Assembly: GCA_958296135.2 (NCBI GenBank)
Contig: CATQHZ020000001.1
Coordinates: 4,480,001 to 4,544,000 of the forward strand
Direction of reading: 5' to 3'
Length of the DNA stretch: 64,000 bases
Source: an uncultured Poribacteria bacterium
GTDB lineage: Bacteria; Poribacteria; WGA-4E; WGA-3G
The notes beneath the pieces were generated by a model that did not search any database, was not told the DNA's origin, and saw only the letters and a list, made by a program, of their open reading frames with translations. Each line of letters opens with the position of its first letter. Position 1 is the first letter of the stretch. This document shows, one piece after another, positions 49,895-59,167 of this stretch. The position numbers and the translations under genes were made by a program.

Positions 49895-50833
49895 ATGACA
49901 CAGAAAACGTTAACGAACGCCTCGCGACTGACAAAAAACGTCATCGCATCGGTAGTCTGTTTATCAGGGATGCCTTTCCTCATTCGGGAATGGCTGTGCC
50001 GTGATAAGGTGACGATGCTGATGTATCACGATGCGAAGCCAGCGGTGTTTCGGAAGCATCTCGCCTACCTCTCGCGGCATTACACCCTTATTTCGCTAGA
50101 TAGACTCGTTGATGCCATCTACCAATCGGATTTCTCGCAGCTGCCGCGGAAGAGCATCGTCATTACCTTTGACGATGGACATGCAGGTAACTTCGCAATG
50201 CTGCCGATTTTCAAGGAATTCGGCATTCGCCCGACGCTCTACGTCTGCACACAGATTATCAACACGCATCGGCACTTCTGGTTCAAAATCACCGGGCAAT
50301 CCAAGCGGGACAAAGCGCGGCTAAAGAAAATGGCGAATTCAGAACGCTTGGCGCGACTCAAGCGCGATGCAGACTTTGAACCGGAAAAGGAATTTACAGA
50401 ACGGCAGGCTCTCAATCTGGACGAATTGACAGCGATGGCACCGCACGTTGATTTGCAACCGCACACCCAATTCCATCCGATTTTGCCGCGCTGCACAGAG
50501 ACTGAATGTGAACAAGAAATTCTCGGAAGCAAGCAGGATTTGGAACGGCTTTTGGGAGAAACGTGCAACCATTTCAGCTATCCGAACGGCGATTATTCGG
50601 CGCGCGAGATTGAGGTTGTCAAGACGGCAGGCTTCCGTTCCGCACGCACGACAGAGATTGGGTGGAACACACCGAGAACTGTCCCGTATCACCTGAAGGT
50701 TATCCCCATGACAGATAACGCAGGCCCTATCCTCTTCCGCGCCGAGTTGACTACAATTCCGCAGCGGCTTTTTCGGCTGTTTGCGGCGCTGATGTCATTG
50801 CAATTTGCGGGACTGACGCAGAACGCCCGCTGA
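49895..50833 (+). CDS. Polysaccharide deacetylase (NodB/CE4)
   Basis: LMYH, ITFDDG, HTQFHP, FSYPNG. Confidence 0.9.
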   Translation: MTQKTLTNASRLTKNVIASVVCLSGMPFLIREWLCRDKVTMLMYHDAKPAVFRKHLAYLSRHYTLISLDRLVDAIYQSDFSQLPRKSIVITFDDGHAGNFAMLPIFKEFGIRPTLYVCTQIINTHRHFWFKITGQSKRDKARLKKMANSERLARLKRDADFEPEKEFTERQALNLDELTAMAPHVDLQPHTQFHPILPRCTETECEQEILGSKQDLERLLGETCNHFSYPNGDYSAREIEVVKTAGFRSARTTEIGWNTPRTVPYHLKVIPMTDNAGPILFRAELTTIPQRLFRLFAALMSLQFAGLTQNAR

Positions 50834-50917
50834 CAGAAAATTGATTCGTCCTGAGACTTGACAACAAAAACGGTTTTCGTTATTATCTCTCTATACAATT
50901 CCAATAGGAGGAAAATC

Positions 50918-51706
50918 ATGAAATATTTATCGCTAATTTTAATGCTCGCCGTGGTCTGCAGCACTTACGCGTCGGCGGATTTGCTGGAAGGGCTCGTGCT
51001 TTACATGCCCCTTGATGAAGGCAGCGGCACGAGCACCGAAGACTTTTCGGAGAATGGGTTCACCGGTGAACTCAACGGCGGTGCAAACTGGGTAGATGGC
51101 AAATTCGGGAAGGCTCTCCAATTCAGCGCGTCTGCTGATTTCGTCGCCGTTGCAGACCACGAGGCATTTCACATCGAAGGGGCAATCACGCAAGCCGCGT
51201 GGATTAACCTCGACCGGCTGCCGAGCGCGCACGCCATTATCTTCGGCACCCGCGCGGGAGGTGGCGGCAGAAACATCGGATTCGGATTCGGCACAAATCC
51301 AGCAAACGGCATTAAGGTCTGGACGAACGGTGCCGGCGGTGGGTTCTTGGACATCAACGACAACGAAACCGCGCTGGACACCGGCAAGTGGTATTATCTC
51401 GCCTATACCCATACCTCGGATAACAACGGGCTGGTGGAAATCTACGTTGATGGCGAACTGACACACGCGCAGGATTCCAACAATCCAGTCGCGCCATCGG
51501 AGACAACGAGTAGCATCCAGATTGGCACCTGGTCAGGAGAAGCATGGCCGGGTATCGTTGACGAAGTCCGTCTTTGGAACCGTGCGCTCTCCGCTGACGA
51601 GGTGAAAGAGAGCATGGAGTTGGGGATGGCAGCATTCTTCTTAACCGCTGTCGATCCGCAAGACAAACTTGCCACTTCGTGGGGCAACATTAAGCGACTG
51701 CGTTAA
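50918..51706 (+). CDS. Secreted LamG-like jellyroll protein
   Basis: Signal peptide, DGKFGKALQF, IVDEVRLWNRALS; C-terminal AVDPQDKLATSWGNIK. Confidence 0.87.
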   Translation: MKYLSLILMLAVVCSTYASADLLEGLVLYMPLDEGSGTSTEDFSENGFTGELNGGANWVDGKFGKALQFSASADFVAVADHEAFHIEGAITQAAWINLDRLPSAHAIIFGTRAGGGGRNIGFGFGTNPANGIKVWTNGAGGGFLDINDNETALDTGKWYYLAYTHTSDNNGLVEIYVDGELTHAQDSNNPVAPSETTSSIQIGTWSGEAWPGIVDEVRLWNRALSADEVKESMELGMAAFFLTAVDPQDKLATSWGNIKRLR

Positions 51707-51900
51707 ATCAAAATCGCATACCTTTCAACAGCGTCACAGAGAGTTCCTTTCAGTCAGAAAGGAGTTCGTCAGTCGGGCTCGCCCGAGCCCGACTCCGCTC
51801 ACGTGCCGCTGTCATTCGCACCCTGCAGTAAGGGCAGATTTCTCTCTACCCGCAAGTCAAAATACCCCGTTTCTTTGAAGCCATCCAACAGGAACAGAAT

Positions 51901-52542
51901 GTGACAAACTGGCACCGCGCTTACATTCAAAACGCACAGCGCGAACTAGCACGCGGCACAACGCGCAAACAGAGCCACGCGCTGAACCTTAAGGCCGCTG
52001 GCAAAAAAGTCCTTGATGTCGGTTGCGGCGCGGGAAATCTTCTTACTGTCTTCGCTAACGATTCGCCCGAACTCCTCATCGGTGTTGATGTAGATGCGGT
52101 TTTCTTGGCACACTGTAAGCAAGTCGGCGTGCCATTGTTTCAAGCCGCGCTGCCACATTTGCCCTTCGCAGACGAAACGTTTGACCTGGTTACTTGTTTC
52201 CTCGTGATGCCGCATGTCCCCGATGACACAGAGGCGTTAAAGGCACTCGCGCGCATCTTGAAACCCGGCGGCACCCTCGCCATCTCTGGACACGGAATGG
52301 GGTTCCCACTCGGGCACCTGAAACGCTTGAAACCGAAACCGCTCCTCATGTATCTCGCCACCCTGATTTATAGCATTACCGGGAGAAAATGGATGCGTAA
52401 CACGCTGCAAAACGATAAGCAGATGTGCGATATTCTCAAGGGCATCGGTGTGGTACCGGAGATGCAGTTTTGCACGAAAAAGACGCTAGGGTGCGTCAGC
52501 ACGTATTGGATTCGGGGAACTAAGATTACCGGAAGAACGTAA
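51901..52542 (+). CDS. Class I SAM-dependent methyltransferase
   Basis: VLDVGCGAG, LPFADETFD, ILKPGG. Confidence 0.87.
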   Translation: MTNWHRAYIQNAQRELARGTTRKQSHALNLKAAGKKVLDVGCGAGNLLTVFANDSPELLIGVDVDAVFLAHCKQVGVPLFQAALPHLPFADETFDLVTCFLVMPHVPDDTEALKALARILKPGGTLAISGHGMGFPLGHLKRLKPKPLLMYLATLIYSITGRKWMRNTLQNDKQMCDILKGIGVVPEMQFCTKKTLGCVSTYWIRGTKITGRT

Positions 52543-52579
52543 TGATGAACGACACAAGCCGCACTACATAACCTATGAG

Positions 52580-52752
52580 CATCTCGTCAAATGTAGACTT
52601 ATCTGGAAACCTGTGCAAAGTCTACGAGTCTCTGTTCGGTCAGCGGTTTCCTGCTTCTTCCGCGCACACGCGGGTTCTGATGCCAGCCTACCAAAGTAGG
52701 TGTTACAGCATCTCCACAGGCGTTTTGGCTCTCCTCAGTGCTTGAGGCGAGC
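52580..52752 (-). ncRNA. Putative TnpB omegaRNA scaffold overlapping the tnpB 3' end
   Basis: AAAACGCCTGTGGAG...GAAGCAGGAA...hairpin GTAGACTT/AAGTCTAC. Confidence 0.65.
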
Positions 52753-53825
52753 TGTCGAAGGTTTATAGCGGCGTTAACGTCTCTGTCCTCTACCAATCCG
52801 CAGATACCGCAGTGGTATTCTCTGTCCTTGAGCGTCAGTTTGAATTCGCCACGTTTGACGTCTCCACAGGAACTGCATCGCTGTGTTGACGGCCAGAACT
52901 TATCTGCCGACACAATGCGGATGCCGCGCCACACCGCCTTGTATTTGAGTTTGACGAGGAAGCCGCCAAGACTTGCATCGGCGAGTGCCTTGCTCAGCTT
53001 GCGGTTCTTCATCAAACCTTTCACGGTGAGGCTTTCAATCCCAAGTGCAGAGATGCCTTGCAGGATGCGATGTGTCACCTGATGATGGGCATCGGTTCTC
53101 ACATTGGCGATACGGGCATGCAGGCGGGCGAGGCGTTCCTTCGCCTTCCACCAGTTGCGGCTCAGGAACGTCTTGCGGGCGAGTGCCTTATTGGCGCGGC
53201 GTAGTTTGCGTTCATTGACGCGCAAGGCACGCGGATTTTCGTAGACAGTGCCATCGTCCATCGTGGCGAGGGCAGAGATGCCGACATCACAACCTGCGGC
53301 GGGCAGTGCTGACGTGTCGGGCGGTTCCGGGACATCAACGTCGACGAGGATGCTGAGATACCAACGATGTGCGATTCGCTTGACGAAAGCACGGCGAACT
53401 TCACCTGTCCATCGAGGCGGTTCATGCAACCTAACATTACCTATAATCGGAAGGACGACGTGTTTACCGTCCTCCGTCATTTTGACAGTATTGACACCAT
53501 TATCAATCTGGAACGCAGGGGCAGACTTATGCGTCTTCCGTTTGGGCGCACCATTCTGTCCCGATTTGTATCTGGCGATAGCATCACCGAAGGAGTGGAT
53601 AGCATTCTTGCCTGCGTTTTGAGAACACGCGGCGAATTCGGGGAACACCTCGCGCTTCCGTGAGTTGAAGATTTTCTTCAAATCGTAGAGAGAGTTACGG
53701 CGGTCGGCGTTCCAATCAGCATGCGCGGCATTATAGGCGGCGCGTGCGAATTGCACATGCAGGTTAAATGCCTCGACCTGTTCCTCAGTTGGATGGAGTG
53801 CTATCTTCTGGGCTCGTAGTGCCAT
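52599..53825 (-). mobile_element. tnpB: RNA-guided endonuclease TnpB, no adjacent tnpA
   Basis: Start reassigned to MALRAQKIALHPT; RuvC GCDVG / IESL / DRDVNAA; zinc finger CSSCG...CGICG. Confidence 0.93.
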
Positions 53826-53839
53826 AGGCATCACCGTTC

Positions 53840-53926
53840 GCCGTTGTTTTTCCTTCCTACTAAGGTAAGGTGGAGGTGAGAGACACGGCGGGATGCCGCG
53901 CTTAGTAGGTCTCACCTCCCAACGGC
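53840..53926 (-). ncRNA. Structured, potentially pseudoknotted leader RNA upstream of tnpB
   Basis: Three perfect complementary pairs of 7, 10 and 9 bp plus a 6-bp hairpin, starting about 7 nt after a -10 box. Confidence 0.6.
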
Positions 53927-53932
53927 AACTAT

Positions 53933-53961
53933 ATTATACCACAAATCCAAGCCGAATGCAA
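53933..53961 (-). promoter_or_regulatory. Sigma70-type promoter for leader RNA/tnpB
   Basis: TTGCAT-17 bp-TATAAT with extended -10 TG. Confidence 0.7.
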
Positions 53962-54005
53962 GTCAAAATGCACACTGCTAGATTAGGGTAGGTTATCCTA
54001 GTATC

Positions 54006-54845
54006 TCATAGAGTTATCGCCACTGCACCGAGCCCTAAAGCGACGCAGTAATATGAAAACACCGAGAATTTGCCGCGGTTGAGCATTATCAATAGAAACC
54101 GTAATGCGAGATAGCCCACAACAAACGAGGCCAGCATCCCACCGCCGATAATATGGAGAGGTATCGCGGTATCAACGACATCGCGCATTTTAAGCACCAC
54201 CGCGCCGAGGATGGCAGGAATAGAGAGCAGGAAGGAGTATTCCGCCGCCGTTTTCGCAGAAATTCCGCACAAGAGTGCTACCGAGATAGTCGCGCCTGAA
54301 CGCGAGATGCCGGGCGTAATCGCGCACCCTTGCGCAATGCCGATAAGCGGCGCATGCCACCACCGGAGTGATGTATCCGCTGCTCCTGGTCTGCCGCTGC
54401 CGTTTTTCCCGCAGACGCGCGTTGGAAGCGCGCCCTCGCGCCGCAGCCGAGGCAATTGGAGAACCCCGCCCGTGACAATTAACATCACACTCACCAGCCA
54501 CACCTTCTCAAAAGCGGATTCTAGCGTATCCTTAAACAGCACGGCGATGAGCCCCGTCGGCACTGAACCGAGCAAAATCAGCCCGATAAACTTCAGTTCA
54601 GGTTGCTGCAGGTCGCGCCGCGCAACGGCCGCAACACCGCCGCTTATTAAAGTGCCGATAGCACTACGATAGACGACGAGGACAGCGGCGAGCGTGCCAA
54701 CGTGAAGCATCACGTCAAAGAAGACGAGCGGTTCACTCAAGCCGAGGAACGCCTGCGCAAGGACAAGGTGCCCGGAACTGCTCACGGGCAAAAATTCGGT
54801 CGCGCCTTGTAAAATGCCGAGGAGAATTGCTTCAAGAAATGTCAT
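54006..54845 (-). CDS. uppP: Undecaprenyl-diphosphate phosphatase with in-frame REP insertion
   Basis: GILQGATEFLPVSSSGHL, PGISRSGATI, YSFLLSIP. Confidence 0.95.
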   Translation of the reverse strand: MTFLEAILLGILQGATEFLPVSSSGHLVLAQAFLGLSEPLVFFDVMLHVGTLAAVLVVYRSAIGTLISGGVAAVARRDLQQPELKFIGLILLGSVPTGLIAVLFKDTLESAFEKVWLVSVMLIVTGGVLQLPRLRREGALPTRVCGKNGSGRPGAADTSLRWWHAPLIGIAQGCAITPGISRSGATISVALLCGISAKTAAEYSFLLSIPAILGAVVLKMRDVVDTAIPLHIIGGGMLASFVVGYLALRFLLIMLNRGKFSVFSYYCVALGLGAVAITL

Positions 54846-55062
54846 CGTTTTTGTATTGTCGCCAAGCGTTCGGTTAGGTTTTCTCCGCAGGGCAGCCGTG
54901 TTTACGTATCGGGCTGACGCTGCGGATGCCTTCGCTAAGTCCAAGGTAATATCATAGCAGTTTTTGCAAAATTATGCCAGCACAATTACGCCCGTTCTCT
55001 ATTCGGGCATCGGGCGAATAGAGACATCCGCCCTTACAGAACAGTGGCGGCCTCAAAAAAGA

Positions 55063-55091
55063 TTGACACTATTCCTTATATATGCTAAAAT
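55063..55091 (+). promoter_or_regulatory. Sigma70-type promoter
   Basis: TTGACA-17 bp-TAAAAT. Confidence 0.65.
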
Positions 55092-55121
55092 AGTATCAAT
55101 AAACTGAAGGAGGCATACAAT

Positions 55122-55898
55122 ATGCGCAGAAATCTAATTGTGTTCGGGCTTGCAGCGGTGTGCATTTTCGCTGTCAGCCTCGCATACGCCGTGGAAGAAG
55201 GCGACATCCTCGTTTACTACTCCTTTGATAAACTGAGTGGGAATACCTTCGAGGATGGCTCCGGCAACGGCAACGATGCAGAGTTAGTCGGTAAAGGTTC
55301 GCTAGTTGACGGGCCATTTAACAAGGCTGTCCATTTGAACGGCGGCATCGTCCAAATGGAGGCTAACGATTTTATCGTGCCTATCGGCGAGAAGGGCGAA
55401 ATCACGATGGAGGCCTGGTTCTACCTGAACGAGCACGCCTCTTACGACGGTATCATCTCCATTGAAGCCGCAGCCGGCGGCTGTTGCGAATTCCGCACGA
55501 TGGTGAACCCGGGCTTCAATCCGTTCTGGGATGCCGGGCACCACGCCGATAAACAGTTGGGCAACTTCCAATTTGAAGAGGACGAATGGTATCACTACGT
55601 GTTAGTCGCCGATGGCAAAGACGGGAAAATTTACGTCAACGGCGAATTTATCGGGGCGCAGCCGGAGAATTTCAAATGGCCGAAGTTCAAAGAGGCAGCG
55701 ATTTACATCGGCGCAGGTGAAAACCCAAACCTTCACAAAGTGGAGGACGCGATTATTGACGAAGTCGTCATCTACGCCAAAGCGTTGACGGAAGACGAGG
55801 TTCGCGCTTCAATGGAGCTGAGCGTGCCGGTTGTGCTCGCTGTTGAGGCGAACGACAAACTGGCAGTTACGTGGGGCTCCTTGAAATCCCGTTTTTAA
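55122..55898 (+). CDS. Secreted LamG-like jellyroll protein
   Basis: Signal peptide, VYYSFD, WYHYVLV, IDEVVIYAKAL; C-terminal AVEANDKLAVTWGSLK. Confidence 0.87.
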   Translation: MRRNLIVFGLAAVCIFAVSLAYAVEEGDILVYYSFDKLSGNTFEDGSGNGNDAELVGKGSLVDGPFNKAVHLNGGIVQMEANDFIVPIGEKGEITMEAWFYLNEHASYDGIISIEAAAGGCCEFRTMVNPGFNPFWDAGHHADKQLGNFQFEEDEWYHYVLVADGKDGKIYVNGEFIGAQPENFKWPKFKEAAIYIGAGENPNLHKVEDAIIDEVVIYAKALTEDEVRASMELSVPVVLAVEANDKLAVTWGSLKSRF

Positions 55899-56016
55899 AG
55901 TCCCGAATCATGGCAAATGCCTTTATGCAGGGCAGCATCACCTGCCCTGCTCTGCTTAGGCTCGGACGAGCCCGAAATACAAACGGAAATTGTTGTGAGA
56001 CTAGCGAGGAGACATT

Positions 56017-56418
56017 ATGAAATTCGGATTTTTATCCAAAATTTTTGAAGGGGCCTTGAGCATTGAAAAAACATACAACGAATGCGACAAGGCACTCAGC
56101 GAACTGAGGGCATACAATCAGAAACGGAAGGCGGCGAATGGCACCCTATCCCCCGAAGAAAAGGCGGAATTGGATGCAGTCGTCAACACCGCGATTGAGA
56201 ATGCCACCCGCATCATTGATAAAGAAGGCGAACGGCAGTGGCCAGGTGTCTTTCGGGAAATGCACAAGAACCTGGCGGACATCTATTTGGAACTAGACCG
56301 GCACGATAAGGTGCGCGAGGCGTGTGAACGTCTGCAGGCCTACGGGACGGTGGGCAAGCAATTCGCCGACGAAGTGATGCAGAGTCTCAACGAGAAAGAG
56401 GAAAACGAGTCTGCATAG
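56017..56418 (+). CDS. Hypothetical helical (TPR-like) protein
   Basis: GAGGAG RBS, 133-aa ORF. Confidence 0.7.
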   Translation: MKFGFLSKIFEGALSIEKTYNECDKALSELRAYNQKRKAANGTLSPEEKAELDAVVNTAIENATRIIDKEGERQWPGVFREMHKNLADIYLELDRHDKVREACERLQAYGTVGKQFADEVMQSLNEKEENESA

Positions 56419-56428
56419 GGTGGGCGAA

Positions 56429-58414
56429 ATGGAATTCCTGAACCCTGCCGCGTTCTATCTGCTAGGCACGATTCCGATTGTCGTGGCACTCCATTTCCTG
56501 AAACTGCGCCGCCGTGCCTACCGCGTACCGAGCCTCATGCTGTGGCACACCATCGCTGAAGATAGGCAAGCCAATGTCCCCTTCCAACGCCTCCGGCACA
56601 TCTTGCTGCCGCTGCTGCAGATGCTATTTTTGTTGATGCTGACGCTGAGCGTGGCGCGTCCCGCCGTGCGCCGCGCAGGGTTCATGCACGGAAAAGCGAT
56701 TCTCATCGTTGACAATTCCGCCAGCATGCAGTCAAATGAACTGGGACAGACACGGCTTAAAATGGCGAAGCAGGCGGCCCAAGAACTTATCCAGCAGATT
56801 TCCGCGAGCGGCGGCATGATGGTGCTAGTAACGCACGCCGCCGAAACGCATATCCAACAAGCGTTCACCACAGATATGGCACAGCTGCGCCGTGCGATAG
56901 AAACTATCGCGCCCACCGCCGCTGTCGGGAGTCCGCGTGCCGTCTTCGATGCCGCCGCGCACTACGCAGATTCATCCCAAGATAAAGTCTTCTTTATCAG
57001 CGATAATTTCAAGACGCTTCCCGATACTGCCTTGCCGCTCCATAGAATCGGTGTCGGCACTGAAGCGGAGAACATCGGCATCGTGCAATTCAGTGTGGAA
57101 ATGGCGAACACCCCTCGCGGCAAAGCGTATACCCTCCTCGCGGGCATTCAGAATTTCACCGATACCGACAGAGAGGTGAAGGCCTCACTAGCATTAGCCG
57201 CTCCTTTAAACACTAGCACCAAGAACGTAGGCATCGCCAACGGTGATGACGGCTCCCGCAGAGAGAGTTTCTTTGCTCAAGAAACCCTTACCGAACGCCT
57301 CGCGAACTACGAAAAACCTTTTGATGACAAGGTTGTCTCCATCCCAGCAGGGCGAACGCAATCGGTGCTGTTTTCTGGCGATGCAGCAGGGTTGGAGGGA
57401 CAGGTTATCAGCGTCCGCCTTGAACTCACAGACGATTTTCCGCTGGATAACACTGTATCCTCGCTCCTCCTTCCGCGGCCGCCGCTCCACATCCTACTCG
57501 TCAGCGACAGGGAGCTCTCTCTGCTGACGCACCTTTTGAAAACGCACGGAGAACATGTGGAAGCGCGCCAGGTTTCCACAGATGCTTATCACGGCAGCGG
57601 CGATGCAGATGTCACCCTTTTCGACAGGTTTTCGCCTGAAAACGTCCCGACAGGGAACGTTATTTTTCTCAATCCGCGCGAGACATTGCCATTTGGGACA
57701 GACGTTGAAACGGACACCGCCGCCGCGCGCGTGATTTCAGAAGATAAAACGCACCCGCTCATGCAAGGTGTATCACTGATAGGGCTGCAGGTGAGCGAAG
57801 CATCGCACAGGGAATTGCCTATCTGGGGACGTTCGCTTGTGGAAACGGAGAAGGGTTCCCTGATCTGGGCTGGCACTGAGGCTGATAGGCAGATTCTCGT
57901 CTTTGAGTTCGATGCCTTCACGCCGGAAATCTCTGCCTTCGCGCTGACTATCCCGGCAGCACCGCTGTTTATTTATCACACTTTGGCGTGGTTTGAAGCG
58001 GGGACAGCACCCATTCAGCCGCTTTCGGACAGATATGGACAGCAGGCCTTACGTCACGCCTTCCGCACCGGCGAAAGTTTGAGGATGGCGTTTCCGTCAA
58101 CGGCGCGCATTCACGTACAGAAACCTGATGATACCCGAATTGAAGTGGACACCGGCGTGTTTACGCAAACAGACATGACAGGCATTTATACCGTTTTGGT
58201 TGAAGATACGCCGGTTGAACGCTTCACGGTAAACTTACTTGACGCGGCGGAGTCTACACTCTCACCACCCCTCACCACATCAGCAGAGACAGAACGGGCA
58301 ACTACGGACGCGCCTTTGCAACCTGTCACGCAGGAGGTGTGGCGGTGGCCGGCGGTTTTGGCGTTCGCGCTGCTGCTGCTGGAGTGGGGAGTTTATCACC
58401 GAAAATCTGAATAG
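56429..58414 (+). CDS. BatA N-terminal double-TM and VWA domain protein
   Basis: MEFLNP...VPSLMLW...ARP; MIDAS DNSASM; C-terminal TM LLLLEW. Confidence 0.88.
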   Translation: MEFLNPAAFYLLGTIPIVVALHFLKLRRRAYRVPSLMLWHTIAEDRQANVPFQRLRHILLPLLQMLFLLMLTLSVARPAVRRAGFMHGKAILIVDNSASMQSNELGQTRLKMAKQAAQELIQQISASGGMMVLVTHAAETHIQQAFTTDMAQLRRAIETIAPTAAVGSPRAVFDAAAHYADSSQDKVFFISDNFKTLPDTALPLHRIGVGTEAENIGIVQFSVEMANTPRGKAYTLLAGIQNFTDTDREVKASLALAAPLNTSTKNVGIANGDDGSRRESFFAQETLTERLANYEKPFDDKVVSIPAGRTQSVLFSGDAAGLEGQVISVRLELTDDFPLDNTVSSLLLPRPPLHILLVSDRELSLLTHLLKTHGEHVEARQVSTDAYHGSGDADVTLFDRFSPENVPTGNVIFLNPRETLPFGTDVETDTAAARVISEDKTHPLMQGVSLIGLQVSEASHRELPIWGRSLVETEKGSLIWAGTEADRQILVFEFDAFTPEISAFALTIPAAPLFIYHTLAWFEAGTAPIQPLSDRYGQQALRHAFRTGESLRMAFPSTARIHVQKPDDTRIEVDTGVFTQTDMTGIYTVLVEDTPVERFTVNLLDAAESTLSPPLTTSAETERATTDAPLQPVTQEVWRWPAVLAFALLLLEWGVYHRKSE

Positions 58415-58465
58415 GAACACGGGCGGATCTGAACGAAATCCGCCCTTACGATGGAGACATCCGCC

Positions 58466-59062
58466 TTAATGTGCCTCAACGCTTATCAATGCGAGGATCT
58501 CCTCAACCAATACCGCTTTCTGCTTCGCGCCGATAAAACTGCCAACAACCTCCCCGTTTTGGAATACGATGTAGGTAGGCGTTGCCCGAATCTCATATTC
58601 TGCAGTTTTCGCCGGCTGGGTGTTGACATCCAACTTGACGACAGCGAACGTCTCGCGATGCTCTGCCGCCACTTCCGCTACAATCGGCTTCATCAACTGG
58701 CACCATCCGCAGAACTCCGATTTGAATTCAACAACGATCGGACGTTCAGAACCTAACACAACGCTGTCAAACGTCGCATCGGTGACTTCAAACGGGATGC
58801 CGGAAGTTTCGCCGAAATGCCTCGCAACCAGCACCAAGTCTAGGATATTGACGATGTCGTCACCATTCAGGTCTGGGTTGGGGCTCTCATCCGCAGTGGA
58901 TGTCTCGCCAAAGTGCGCGGCGACGAGCGTCAAATCGAGGCCATCTATCATTCCATCGGCATTCAAATCGAGGCGCGCGACGTTGGCATCATCCGCGTAA
59001 CTTGTGCTTAACATTCCTAACGTAAAACTGAGCGTTAGGAAAAAATAAATTAAGGTTTTCAT
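58466..59062 (-). CDS. Exported dockerin-like/EF-hand + thioredoxin fusion
   Basis: Signal peptide; DLNADGMIDGLDL / DLNGDDIVNILDL; FCGWC active site; cis-Pro ATPT. Confidence 0.85.
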   Translation of the reverse strand: MKTLIYFFLTLSFTLGMLSTSYADDANVARLDLNADGMIDGLDLTLVAAHFGETSTADESPNPDLNGDDIVNILDLVLVARHFGETSGIPFEVTDATFDSVVLGSERPIVVEFKSEFCGWCQLMKPIVAEVAAEHRETFAVVKLDVNTQPAKTAEYEIRATPTYIVFQNGEVVGSFIGAKQKAVLVEEILALISVEAH

Positions 59063-59167
59063 CGTTAGGTTTTCTCCATTTTTACACGGCGAGGGACAGA
59101 CCCTCGCACAAGGTTTTCATCGTTAGGTTTTCTCCATTTTTACACGGCGAGGGACAGACCCTCGCAC
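59052..59167. repeat. Exact 58-bp tandem duplication containing RBS, start codon and a family-A REP
   Basis: aaggttttcatcgttaggttttctccatttttacacggcgagggacagaccctcgcac at 59052 and 59110. Confidence 0.92.

Noticed and set aside
53826-53915. N-terminal extension of TnpB 2
   Set aside because: It lies inside the structured leader; the typical TnpB N-terminus begins at MALRAQK
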